64,000 bases of DNA from Candidatus Spongiisociaceae bacterium (GCA_965219685.1 CBDCOH010000002.1:2880001-2944000); one strand, 5' to 3'; counted from the first letter of the stretch, positions 18,777 to 27,760 are shown. Translations and numbers: made by a program. Notes: generated from the letters alone by a model not told the origin.

Positions 18777-19637
18777 GTGCTGGCCGCAGTGGCCCTCTTA
18801 GGCGTCGCATTCGGAGTTCTCGGCGCCGTCGCGGTCGGAGTCGGGGACTTTCTCGGCGGTGTAGCCAGCCGGAGGTCCACCGCATGGGGGGTGACCGCCG
18901 TCGCCTGGTTGGGCCAAGCCCCACCTATGGTGGGACTCGCCTACCTGCTCGAGGGTGGCCTGGATGCAGCGGCGATCGGGCCGGGTCTGGTGGCCGGCGT
19001 GGCCGGCGCTGCCGGAGGGGTGTTCCTCTACGGCGGTATCGCCCGGGGGGAAGTCGCCATCGTCGCCGCGACCTCCGGGGTCCTCGCATCGAGCGGGGCT
19101 GCGATGTACGACGCAGTGACCGGCGTGGCGTTGGCCACGGTCACCTGGGCGGGCATCGCGCTCGCCGTGCCGGCCATCGTGCTCGTCGCGGGAGGAGCCG
19201 CAGACATCGGGACGGTCTCCCTGCGCGGTCTGGGCGCCGGTCTGGCCGCCGGTGCGTCGTTCGCGCTGTTCTACGTCTTGATCGGTGTTACCGGGGGCGA
19301 GAACGGGGACCCCACCGTACTTGCGGTGGTGGCCGCCACGGCAGGTCTGTTGCTCTTGGTCACAGCTCCTCTACGGCCGGGACCGGTTATGCCGAGGGGA
19401 TCGGCGCTCGGGATCTCTCTCGCCGCCGCGGCGCTGTCCGGCCTGCATCTCGTCTCGCTGCTGTTCGCGGTGGAGTACGGGTCGGTTGCCACCGGAACCG
19501 TCCTGGTCTCCCAGTACCCGGCCTTCACCGTGCTGATGGCAGCCCTCGTTTGGCGCCAGAGGCCTACCCGTCTCCAGATCGCAGGGCTCCTGCTGGCGCT
19601 GGTGGCGGTCGGGATGATCGCGTCGGGAACTCCATGA
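18777..19637 (+). CDS. EamA/DMT family transporter
   Basis: about 10 hydrophobic helices, GVGDFLGG..SRR, SQYPAFTVL; start uncertain. Confidence 0.75.
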   Translation: MLAAVALLGVAFGVLGAVAVGVGDFLGGVASRRSTAWGVTAVAWLGQAPPMVGLAYLLEGGLDAAAIGPGLVAGVAGAAGGVFLYGGIARGEVAIVAATSGVLASSGAAMYDAVTGVALATVTWAGIALAVPAIVLVAGGAADIGTVSLRGLGAGLAAGASFALFYVLIGVTGGENGDPTVLAVVAATAGLLLLVTAPLRPGPVMPRGSALGISLAAAALSGLHLVSLLFAVEYGSVATGTVLVSQYPAFTVLMAALVWRQRPTRLQIAGLLLALVAVGMIASGTP

Positions 19638-19668
19638 TCGTGGTCGGTCGCCCGCGTAGGGCCGGGAA

Positions 19669-20760
19669 GTGATGCGGCGGGTCGACGTCCGGCGGGCGGG
19701 CGGGGTGGGCCACTACCTGGTGGTACTCACCCTGGTGTTCCTACCGGGATGCGCCACCGTTCCTCCGGCGGAGCCTCCGACGACGGCTACCGAGCGGCAA
19801 CCTGGGATGGCCGATGCGGCGCCCGCCTCCGTCGCTTCGACCTCGAGCACCCGCCCCCCAGACACCGTCCCGGCCCCGGCGCCCCAGCCGGAGCAGCAGC
19901 CAACTTCCACCACGGTCACCCCCTCCGCGACGACAGCGACCACGAGAGTCACGCCCGACGTTCCAACCCTTCCGACCACCACCGGAGCCGGCGCGGCAGC
20001 AGCAGCCGAACCCGACGACGACCCCGTGACGGCCGAACCGTCCGGGACCCAGGAGGTCCTCGTGCTGGACTCCCTACCCCACGACTCTTCGGCCTTCACC
20101 CAGGGTCTGGTCCTCGACGACGGGGTGTTCTACGAGAGTACCGGACTCTACGGTTCCTCCACCGTGCGGATCGTCGATCCCGAGACCGGTGAAGTGCTCG
20201 CTTCGGTGAGCCTCGACGACCGTTACTTCGGGGAAGGCCTGGAGGTGGTGGACGGGCGGGTGGTCCAGCTGACGTGGAAGGAGCAGACCGCGTTCGTATG
20301 GGACGCCGCCACGCTGGAACCGCTGGGAGCCTACACCTACGACGGGGAGGGCTGGGGACTGTGCGCCCTGGAGGACCGCTTCGTGATGAGCGACGGATCC
20401 TCGACCCTGACGTTCCGGGACCTGTACAGCTTCGAGGTCACCGGGAGCGTGGAGGTGGTGTACCGCGGCGAGCCGGTCGACAGGCTCAACGAACTGGAGT
20501 GCGTCGGGGATCTGGTCTACGCCAACGTGTGGCTCTCCGACGGGATCGTCGTGATCGCGGCGGGATCGGGCGAGGTCCTGGCGCGCGTCGACGCTTCGTC
20601 CCTCCGCGGGGAGTTGTCGTCCAGCGAGGGGGTAGACGTGCTAAACGGGATCGCGTACGACCCGGACCGCCGGCTGTTCTATCTGACCGGGAAGCTCTGG
20701 CCGGAGATCTTCGAGGTCAGGATCGGCGATGGTCCCGGACCGGCGTCCGCCCGACAGTGA
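19669..20760 (+). CDS. glutaminyl-peptide cyclotransferase lipoprotein with Pro/Thr-rich linker
   Basis: lipobox LPGC; PHD..FTQGL, ESTG.YG, FGEG, LNELE, NGIAYD, TGK.WP. Confidence 0.9.
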   Translation: MMRRVDVRRAGGVGHYLVVLTLVFLPGCATVPPAEPPTTATERQPGMADAAPASVASTSSTRPPDTVPAPAPQPEQQPTSTTVTPSATTATTRVTPDVPTLPTTTGAGAAAAAEPDDDPVTAEPSGTQEVLVLDSLPHDSSAFTQGLVLDDGVFYESTGLYGSSTVRIVDPETGEVLASVSLDDRYFGEGLEVVDGRVVQLTWKEQTAFVWDAATLEPLGAYTYDGEGWGLCALEDRFVMSDGSSTLTFRDLYSFEVTGSVEVVYRGEPVDRLNELECVGDLVYANVWLSDGIVVIAAGSGEVLARVDASSLRGELSSSEGVDVLNGIAYDPDRRLFYLTGKLWPEIFEVRIGDGPGPASARQ

Positions 20761-20782
20761 CCGGGCCACCGGTCGTGGCTCC

Positions 20783-21262
20783 TCAGCGGTACCCGGCGTC
20801 GGCGTAGTCCCCGCTGGGGACGGGTGAGCGCGAGGGAGACAGGAGCGAAGCACCCAGCCGACCCATCTCGTAGAGCCATGCCCGGACGTTGTCATGTGGC
20901 CCGACGGTCACGGTCACCGCGACCCGTTGATACAGGTTGTCGGCGGGATCCCCGTGCGGGTCGTATCCCTCCAGGTGGTCGACATCCGAGAGCACCCGGT
21001 CGTACATCGCCGGAGTCGGCCACACCACCTCGACGACCAACCTCCCACCCGGGCGGCGCCGGGCGTAGGGGATCCGGTCCACCACCAGTTCGTACCCGCT
21101 AACCAGTCCCGCCGCTACCCGGTGGATCCGCCCGGCGAGGAGCCCGTGGTTGCCGAACCCGGAGCGGAGGGTGCCGTACACAGCCAGGGGCAACCGGTCC
21201 GTCAGTGCTGCGTCGTCAGTGGACCGCCTCTGCGACCTGTTCTCACGGGCTGTACGTGTCAC
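20783..21262 (-). CDS. gamma-glutamylcyclotransferase (AIG2-like) family protein
   Basis: VYGTLR.G..NH, D.LEGY, YQRV, AWLY, SGDY. Confidence 0.8.
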   Translation of the reverse strand: MTRTARENRSQRRSTDDAALTDRLPLAVYGTLRSGFGNHGLLAGRIHRVAAGLVSGYELVVDRIPYARRRPGGRLVVEVVWPTPAMYDRVLSDVDHLEGYDPHGDPADNLYQRVAVTVTVGPHDNVRAWLYEMGRLGASLLSPSRSPVPSGDYADAGYR

Positions 21263-21380
21263 AACCCGGCGGCCAGCAGAGGGGGAGGAAAAGAGGGACC
21301 GGCGAACGGATCGGCCTCCCGGAGGGTGACTGCCGACCGGCCTGCGAAGAGTGGCAGACTCACGAGGCTCCGTGCCCTCG

Positions 21381-21456
21381 TTCCTGGACTCGGAACCCAG
21401 GGGCTGCCACTTCGTGAAGAGCCACCCGCGGCGTAAACGCGAGACCCAACAGTGCT
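21381..21456 (-). other. dispersed 76-nt structured element, copy 2
   Basis: reverse complement of 2967-3042; extra pairing partner at about 21346-21358. Confidence 0.6.
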
Positions 21457-21492
21457 CTGGAGCATGGGAAATAATCCAATTTGATGTAAACC

Positions 21493-21524
21493 ACTATCAA
21501 CTATCAACTATCAACTATCAACTA
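21493..21524. repeat. heptamer array (ACTATCA)4
   Basis: read directly. Confidence 0.92.
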
Positions 21525-21968
21525 AGAAAGTACAGGGCAGGCAGCCAGCCTGTAGGTGCGAAGGCGTTTGCGGAGCGTGTAGAGCAGCAGCGCTACCGCG
21601 GCCAGCCCGACCACGGGTTGCACCGGCGCCCACCAGGTCAGCGCCCCCGAGGTGCCTACCAGGGCCACCACCGCCTGGTTGCACACCGGGCAACCGACCG
21701 CGAGGAACGAAGTGAAACAGCCCCAGATGGTGCGCGTACCCTCGCGATCCCGGGACCGGGCAAGCTCGGCGGAGCCCGACATAGCCGGCCGGATGGCGAA
21801 TATCAGCCCGATCAGCGCGGCGGTTACGACCAGGATCACGTAGTCGATCCAGCGGGTCTCCACGGGACGCCCGAAGACGGGCGTGTCGATGAGATCGGAG
21901 GGCACCGCGATTACGACCGCCGCCACCCCACCGTACAGTAGGGCACGGAGCCACGTGCTCGCGGGCAT
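21522..21968 (-). CDS. membrane protein with AVGCPVCN motif (possible metal binding)
   Basis: 4 TM helices, P.DLIDTP.F.R, CxxC motif, C-terminal ACP. Confidence 0.72.
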   Translation of the reverse strand: MPASTWLRALLYGGVAAVVIAVPSDLIDTPVFGRPVETRWIDYVILVVTAALIGLIFAIRPAMSGSAELARSRDREGTRTIWGCFTSFLAVGCPVCNQAVVALVGTSGALTWWAPVQPVVGLAAVALLLYTLRKRLRTYRLAACPVLS

Positions 21969-22298
21969 CGACTTCAACTCCCTGATCACAGGTGGGATGC
22001 TACCGGCCCGGCCCGGGTACCCGAGTGGCCGGCTCCGCGGTGGGGCGGGGCGGTGACATGACCGAGTCGCCGCCGGAAGCCGGAACCGCCCGGCAGCCAT
22101 CCCCACTCCATGCGACCCGGGCGGTCATAGCGCCCCCTTTGGTGTTCTCGCGGCACATACCTCTAGAATCGCAGGCGCCACTCGTGCATGATGTCGTGCA
22201 TGTGGCTCCAACAGAAACGATCCTGCACCCTGAGAAGGTGCCTTCCCGGACCCGGTGGACCACCAGGTCGGGATGTCCGAAGGAGGTGACGCACTTCG

Positions 22299-22628
22299 AT
22301 GCGCACGTATGAGTTGATGACCATCCATAGGCCCGAAATGGCCGAGCCCGATGCCCGGCGGCAGTCGCGCATCCTCGAGAAGTTCCTCACCGAGGTCGGG
22401 GCCAGCGTCTCCGATATCGACTTCTGGGGCAAGCGGCGCCTCGCTTACGAGATCGACAAGGCGAACGAGGGCTACTACACCGTCCTCACCTTCGAGGGGG
22501 AGTCCCATCATGTCACCGCCCTGGACCGGGCGCTGTCCCTTTCCGACACGGTGATGCGACACAAGATCATCCGGCCCGAAGCCCGCCCCGTCCGGGCCTC
22601 CCGGAAGGGGGCGAAGCGGGACGGATAG
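22299..22628 (+). CDS. rpsF: 30S ribosomal protein S6
   Basis: MRTYELM, WGKRRLAYEI, VMRHKI. Confidence 0.95.
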   Translation: MRTYELMTIHRPEMAEPDARRQSRILEKFLTEVGASVSDIDFWGKRRLAYEIDKANEGYYTVLTFEGESHHVTALDRALSLSDTVMRHKIIRPEARPVRASRKGAKRDG

Positions 22629-22632
22629 CACC

Positions 22633-22654
22633 TGTCACACCCCTAGGGCATAGT
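22633..22654 (+). promoter_or_regulatory. RecA-NDp-like promoter upstream of ssb
   Basis: TGTCAC-ACCCCTAGGG-CATAGT. Confidence 0.6.
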
Positions 22655-22706
22655 GACATGACAATTGAGAAGCAGGACACTCAGGACGAGAGGCAGGGAA
22701 GAACTA

Positions 22707-23162
22707 ATGCCAGACAACTCAGTGACGGTGGTCGGCAACCTGGTCGAGGATCCGGAGCTACGTTTCACGCCATCCGGCGTGGCGATGGCAAGGCTCCGCG
22801 TGGCCGTGAACCGAAGGTGGATGAACCGCAACACCAACGAGTGGGAGGAGGAAGCGAGCTTCTTCTCTGCAACGTGCTGGCGGGAGATGGCCGAGAACGC
22901 GTCGGAGTCGCTCCAGAAGGGATCGAGGGTGATCATCAACGGCCGGCTCCAGCAGCGCTCCTGGGAGACCCAGGAAGGGGAGCGCCGCTCGATGATCGAG
23001 ATCTCCGTAGACGAGATCGGACCCAGCCTCCGGTGGGCGACGGCGTCGGTGACCCGCACCCCTCGGAGGGGCGGGGACAATTGGGGCGGCGGCCGGCCCG
23101 CGGCCCGACCGCCCGGACCGGTCGCCCGGGAGACCTACGGGCCCGACGAGGCCCCCTTCTAG
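22707..23162 (+). CDS. ssb: single-stranded DNA-binding protein
   Basis: VVGNL..DPELRFTPSG, GRLQQRSWE, acidic C-terminal PF. Confidence 0.96.
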   Translation: MPDNSVTVVGNLVEDPELRFTPSGVAMARLRVAVNRRWMNRNTNEWEEEASFFSATCWREMAENASESLQKGSRVIINGRLQQRSWETQEGERRSMIEISVDEIGPSLRWATASVTRTPRRGGDNWGGGRPAARPPGPVARETYGPDEAPF

Positions 23163-23177
23163 AAGGAGTCGAGGATC

Positions 23178-23462
23178 ATGGCAAGAAGAACGCCCAACAG
23201 GCGCAGGCGGCGACCCCGGGGACCGAAGACGGTCCGGAAACGGGTCTGCCCCGGGTGCGGCCAGCTGAAGTGCGACAACACGCGGGTCCCCTACGTCGAC
23301 TACAAGGACCTGGCGACGCTGCGCAGGTTCGTCTCCGATCGCGGGAAGATCCGCTCCCGCCGGGTTACCGGTGCATGCGCCCAGTACCAGCGCCGGGTCG
23401 CCACCGCCATCAAGAACGCCCGCGAGATGGCGCTCCTCCCCTACGCAGGCAGCCACCGATGA
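23178..23462 (+). CDS. rpsR: 30S ribosomal protein S18
   Basis: [40 protein letters not shown]. Confidence 0.96.
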   Translation: MARRTPNRRRRRPRGPKTVRKRVCPGCGQLKCDNTRVPYVDYKDLATLRRFVSDRGKIRSRRVTGACAQYQRRVATAIKNAREMALLPYAGSHR

Positions 23463-23905
23463 AGCTCATTCTCACCGCCGACGTAGCCGGGCTGGGTGTC
23501 AAGGGCGACATCGTGCAGGTCGCCAACGGTTACGGTCGGAACTACCTGCTCCCCAAGCGGCTGGCTGTCAAGGCCACCCAGGGCGCGATCAACCAGATAC
23601 AGGAGGCACGCCGGGTCAAGGTAGCGGCCCGCCGGCGGGAGCTCGAAGCGGCCGAGAACCTGAGAAGGCAACTCGCCGCCACCCGGATTGTCATCGCCGC
23701 TCAGGTGACCGACCAGGGCCGCCTGTTCGGGTCGATCGGGAGGAGCGAGGTGATAGACGCCGTCCGTAGCCTGTCGCAGGTCACGCTGCACCGCAAGATG
23801 ATCACGCTGCCCGAACCGATAAAGACGATCGGCTTCCACGAGGTGAAGGTCACCATTGACCCGGAAGTCGAGGTCCTGCTGACTCTGGACGTCATACCGG
23901 CCTGA
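23459..23905 (+). CDS. rplI: 50S ribosomal protein L9
   Basis: [33 protein letters not shown]. Confidence 0.96.
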   Translation: MKLILTADVAGLGVKGDIVQVANGYGRNYLLPKRLAVKATQGAINQIQEARRVKVAARRRELEAAENLRRQLAATRIVIAAQVTDQGRLFGSIGRSEVIDAVRSLSQVTLHRKMITLPEPIKTIGFHEVKVTIDPEVEVLLTLDVIPA

Positions 23906-24166
23906 GACGCACCCCCTCGCACCCTGGTCAGACCCGGATCCGGGACAGAAAGACAAATTTCTGAGGCCGAACGGGCGACTACGGGCCGTCACGGCCGCGT
24001 AAGCTATTGCAAGCTCGGACGAGAGGCGGGCCGGACCGTCTCTCTGTCCCGTCACTTCCCGCTTCCCCGAGCGACTTCCCCAAGTGACTTCCCCACCCGA
24101 CCGGGAGGCGTCGGTCGCCGCGCCTGCCGGGACGGACCGAGGCCTGGATCGAGTGATCGAGAGAAG

Positions 24167-24188
24167 TGTCACACCCTCTCGGCATACT
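24167..24188 (+). promoter_or_regulatory. RecA-NDp-like promoter upstream of dnaB
   Basis: TGTCAC-ACCCTCTCGG-CATACT; shares TGTCACACCC...GGCATA.T with the ssb site. Confidence 0.6.
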
Positions 24189-24271
24189 TCAGGGCAGGCA
24201 CACGCGAAGAGCGAAGGGAAGGGGGAAATGAGAGGGGTAGGTCGGGGGCGACCCGGCATGGGGACACCAGC

Positions 24272-25654
24272 ATGACGATGCCCGAACGGGTCACGGGCCC
24301 GACCCCCGCGCGCCGTCATCTCGCGCCGCCTCATAGTGTGGAGGCGGAGGAGTCGGTGATCGGCGCCATGTTGAGGTCGCGTCCGGCGGCGGATGAGGTG
24401 TTCGAGCGTTTGACGGTTGAGGATCTGTACGTGCCGGCGCATCGGACGATCTTCGAGGCGATGCGACGGTTGTATGACGAGAACCAGCCGATCGATACCG
24501 TGACGGTGGTGGACCGCCTGCATCGGGGTGGTGACCTCGAGGCGGCGGGCGGTCCCGGTTTCGTGGTCCGTTTCTGGGACGCGGTGCCGTCCGCCGCGAA
24601 CGTGGGCTACTACGCCGGCGTGGTGGAGGAGCATTCGCTGCGGCGGCGGATGCTGGATGCCAGCAACCAGATATCAGCGTTGGCGATGAACCTGGACTCC
24701 GAGGTGGACATGGTCCTGGACCAGGCCGAACAAGCCATGCTGGCCGTCGCCGAGCGGCGGGTGGACGGCGGGATGGAGGCGATGGGGAAAGTCCTGGCCC
24801 AGGTGCTGGAACGGCTCGAGAAGGTGGAGTCCGAGGGCCTCGACGTGACCGGCCTCCCAACAGGCCTGGTCGACTTGGACCGCAAGCTCGGGGGGTTGCA
24901 GCCGTCCACTCTGGTGGTGGTGGCAGGCCGCCCCGGGATGGGCAAGAGCGCCCTGGCCATGAACATCGCGTCGCACATTGCGATCCATCACGGGCCGGTG
25001 GCGTACTTCAGCCTGGAGATGTCCCCCACCGAGATCGCCTACCGCTGGCTCGGTTCCCAAGCCCGGGTCGACTCGCTGAAGCTGCGCTCCGGCCTCGGCG
25101 GGGTGGGCGACGCGTCGCGGATCTGGTCGTCGCTGGTCGAGGCCACCTCCAAGCTCTACAAGGTGCCCCTCCACGCCGACGAAGGATCCCGCACGGTCAC
25201 CGACATCCGCGCCAAGTGCCGCCGCCTCAAGCGCAAAACGGGCCTTGCACTGGTGGTAGTGGACTACATGCAGCTCATGCAGGGCCGCAGCCGCGAGAAC
25301 CGCCAACAAGAGATCGCCGAGATCAGCCTCAACCTCAAAGCCCTCGCCCGAGAACTCGACGTACCCGTCATCGCCGTGTCCCAGCTCAACCGGGCACTCG
25401 AAGCCCGCCAGGACAAACGACCCCAACTCGGCGACCTGCGCGAATCAGGCGCCATCGAACAGGACGCCGACGTAGTACTGATGATCTACCGCGACGAGTA
25501 CTACAACAAGGACACCCGCGAGCTCGGCATCGCCGAGATCATCATCGCCAAACAAAGAGCCGGCCCCACCGGCATGATCAAGACCACCTTCGCAGACAAG
25601 TACACCCGCTTCGACAACCTCCCCCACGGCTACACGGACGCCATGGGTCAGTGA
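24272..25654 (+). CDS. dnaB: replicative DNA helicase
   Basis: PPHSVEAE, GRPGMGKS, FSLEM, VDYMQL, SQLNR, DLRESGAIEQDAD; no intein. Confidence 0.96.
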   Translation: MTMPERVTGPTPARRHLAPPHSVEAEESVIGAMLRSRPAADEVFERLTVEDLYVPAHRTIFEAMRRLYDENQPIDTVTVVDRLHRGGDLEAAGGPGFVVRFWDAVPSAANVGYYAGVVEEHSLRRRMLDASNQISALAMNLDSEVDMVLDQAEQAMLAVAERRVDGGMEAMGKVLAQVLERLEKVESEGLDVTGLPTGLVDLDRKLGGLQPSTLVVVAGRPGMGKSALAMNIASHIAIHHGPVAYFSLEMSPTEIAYRWLGSQARVDSLKLRSGLGGVGDASRIWSSLVEATSKLYKVPLHADEGSRTVTDIRAKCRRLKRKTGLALVVVDYMQLMQGRSRENRQQEIAEISLNLKALARELDVPVIAVSQLNRALEARQDKRPQLGDLRESGAIEQDADVVLMIYRDEYYNKDTRELGIAEIIIAKQRAGPTGMIKTTFADKYTRFDNLPHGYTDAMGQ

Positions 25655-25703
25655 GCCCGTTGCCCGTCTTCCGTGGCCCGTTGCCCGTCGTTCGTCTTCC
25701 GTC
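25655..25703. repeat. degenerate heptamer array (GCCCGTY-like x7)
   Basis: GCCCGTT GCCCGTC TTCCGTG GCCCGTT GCCCGTC GTTCGTC TTCCGTC. Confidence 0.75.
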
Positions 25704-25758
25704 GGTTCGGTCCACCGTTACTCGTTGCTAACTCCCCGGTCCAGTACCCTAAAGAGTT

Positions 25759-25854
25759 CCATTCACCATTCACCATTCACCATTCACCATTCACCACTCA
25801 CCACTCACCACTCACCACTCACCACTCACCACTCACCACTCACCACTCACCACT
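25759..25854. repeat. heptamer array (CCATTCA)5(CCACTCA)8
   Basis: read directly. Confidence 0.97.
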
Positions 25855-26857
25855 AGGTGTGGATCTCGATGCGGTCTCCGTCCCGTAGGGGGAAGGCGCG
25901 CCCGATGCGCCGGTCGGGATAACCAGCGCGCATCAGGCGAGCGAACTTGAGGTCACGGACGAAGTCCTTGTGGATCAGGGCAGCCACATCTTCCAGTGTC
26001 TGACCCTGTCTGATCGTGTAGGGACGGTCGTCCCCCTTCTGGGCCGCCGACTCCGTGTAGACGCGGACCACACCCAAGGCCTCGAACAGCCACACCCCCA
26101 CATGCTCGAACTCCCGGTCGGCGACCGATGTACTGAGAACCGGTAGCTCCAGTTCTAGCAGTTCGAGCAGGACCTCCGCTTCCCCCTCCACGTCGTCGAT
26201 CAGCTCCGCCTGGGCGGCCACCAGGGCGGTGGGGAGGAACTTGGAGAAGGGATCGTCGGGATCCGGAGCCGCCCCGGCGCCTCTGGGCCACTCCCCCGTC
26301 AGGTAGATGCGCCTGCCGGCCAGCATACGCACCACCTCGTCCACGCCGGTGACGCAGTCAGCCAACGACAGGTCCACCACCAGAAGCGCCCCGTCGGCCG
26401 GCTGGAGGGCGTTGCCGATCCACGGCATCGGGTGATCGTCGGCCAGCGGCGGAAGATCGATCAGCTGGATGCCGATGTCCTCTACCGGCACCATTCCCGG
26501 CTGCGGGTGATGGGTGGTGAAGGGGTACGGTCCGGCCGGCGCACCCGAGCCGGTCAGCGCGTCGTGGAGCGACGACTTGCCGCTGTTGGGGGGTCCGAGC
26601 AGCGCGATCTGGCCGGCGCCTTCGGGACGGATGGTGAACACGGGACCGCCCCTCGCTCCCCCCTTCCTCGGGCCGGCGAGTTCTTCGGTCAGTTCCTTGA
26701 TCTTGGTCTTGATCCCCGCCTGAAGATGCTCGGTCCCCTTGTGCTTCGGGATGGTCCGCAGCATGGCGCGCAAAGCCACCAACCGTTCCCTGGGCTCCCG
26801 GGCCGCCTTGTAGTCGGCCTCCGCCTTCTTGTACTCCGGGGTGACGTTGGTGGGCAT
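25853..26857 (-). CDS. OBG/DRG-family GTPase with TGS domain
   Basis: MPTNVTPEY, IPKHKGT, GPPNSGKSS, YPFTT, C-terminal TGS (IHKDF...L.DGD.IEIH). Confidence 0.87.
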   Translation of the reverse strand: MPTNVTPEYKKAEADYKAAREPRERLVALRAMLRTIPKHKGTEHLQAGIKTKIKELTEELAGPRKGGARGGPVFTIRPEGAGQIALLGPPNSGKSSLHDALTGSGAPAGPYPFTTHHPQPGMVPVEDIGIQLIDLPPLADDHPMPWIGNALQPADGALLVVDLSLADCVTGVDEVVRMLAGRRIYLTGEWPRGAGAAPDPDDPFSKFLPTALVAAQAELIDDVEGEAEVLLELLELELPVLSTSVADREFEHVGVWLFEALGVVRVYTESAAQKGDDRPYTIRQGQTLEDVAALIHKDFVRDLKFARLMRAGYPDRRIGRAFPLRDGDRIEIHT

Positions 26858-26977
26858 GTACCCATAATCATGCCTCACACCTGACCGCTACGGCAGCCGA
26901 TCCAGGCTCTCGCGATACGGAACGTGGCTATCGAGCCGCCGGCGGCGCCCGAGTCGGATCGCACGTAAGCTCTCCCG

Positions 26978-27760
26978 ATGTTCCAAGAACTGTCCGAGGG
27001 GGTGTTCCGGCGCCGGTTCCCGTTCCTCCGCCTCAACATCGGGGTGGTGGTCGGCGAGGACGGCGTGCTGCTGGTCGACACCCGGGAGAGCCACGAAGCG
27101 GCCCGTGAGTTGGCCGGAGAACTCAGGAGCCTCACGTCCAAGCCGGTGCGCTGGGTCATGAACACTCACTGGCACTGGGATCACACCTTCGGGAACTCCG
27201 TATTCCCCGATGCCGCCATCTGGGGCCACCGGCTCTGCCGCCGGGCGCTGCGGGACAATCCCGAACAGCACCGGCGCGACGCCCGCATGTGGATGCCAAA
27301 GCGTCGCTTCGACGAGATCGAACGGGTGCAGATCGTCCCGCCGGACGAGACGTTCGAGGCCCTCACCTCCATAGACGTGGGTGGGAGAAAGGTGGAGGCC
27401 ACCCACCACGGCCGCGGCCACACCGACGCCGACATCCTCATCCACTGCGGCGGGGCGACCTTCATGGGCGACCTCGTGGAGGAGGGCGACTCCCCCAAGA
27501 TGGGCGACTCGTACCCGTTCGACTGGCCAAACACCCTGGCCGCCGCCCGTTCGGCCCTCCGACCCACGGTGGTCCCCGGCCACGGCGAACTGCTCACCCC
27601 CGAGGACGTGGAGGACCAGCGTCGCAGACTCGCACAGGTAGCGGAGATGCTGCGAGAGGTGCTGCACGACGGCCGCCCGGCTGATGAGGCGGTACGCAGC
27701 GGACCCATCCCCGAGCTAGATATGCGCAAGGCCCTAGCCCGGGCACGCCAGGCGCAGTAA
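26978..27760 (+). CDS. MBL-fold metallo-hydrolase
   Basis: NTHWHWDH, GHT, GDL, PGHG. Confidence 0.9.
   Translation: MFQELSEGVFRRRFPFLRLNIGVVVGEDGVLLVDTRESHEAARELAGELRSLTSKPVRWVMNTHWHWDHTFGNSVFPDAAIWGHRLCRRALRDNPEQHRRDARMWMPKRRFDEIERVQIVPPDETFEALTSIDVGGRKVEATHHGRGHTDADILIHCGGATFMGDLVEEGDSPKMGDSYPFDWPNTLAAARSALRPTVVPGHGELLTPEDVEDQRRRLAQVAEMLREVLHDGRPADEAVRSGPIPELDMRKALARARQAQ

Noticed and set aside
2967-21456. 18.5-kb composite transposon bounded by the 76-nt inverted copies
   Set aside because: No transposase, no target duplication seen, and the interior is mostly housekeeping; kept only as a possible inversion substrate
24050-24098. ACTTCCC-like repeats upstream of dnaB as DnaA boxes or an origin
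   Set aside because: Do not match TT(A/G)TCCACA well; only 3-4 short degenerate copies
25759-25854. Tandem arrays as CRISPR
   Set aside because: 7-nt units with no unique spacers and no cas genes
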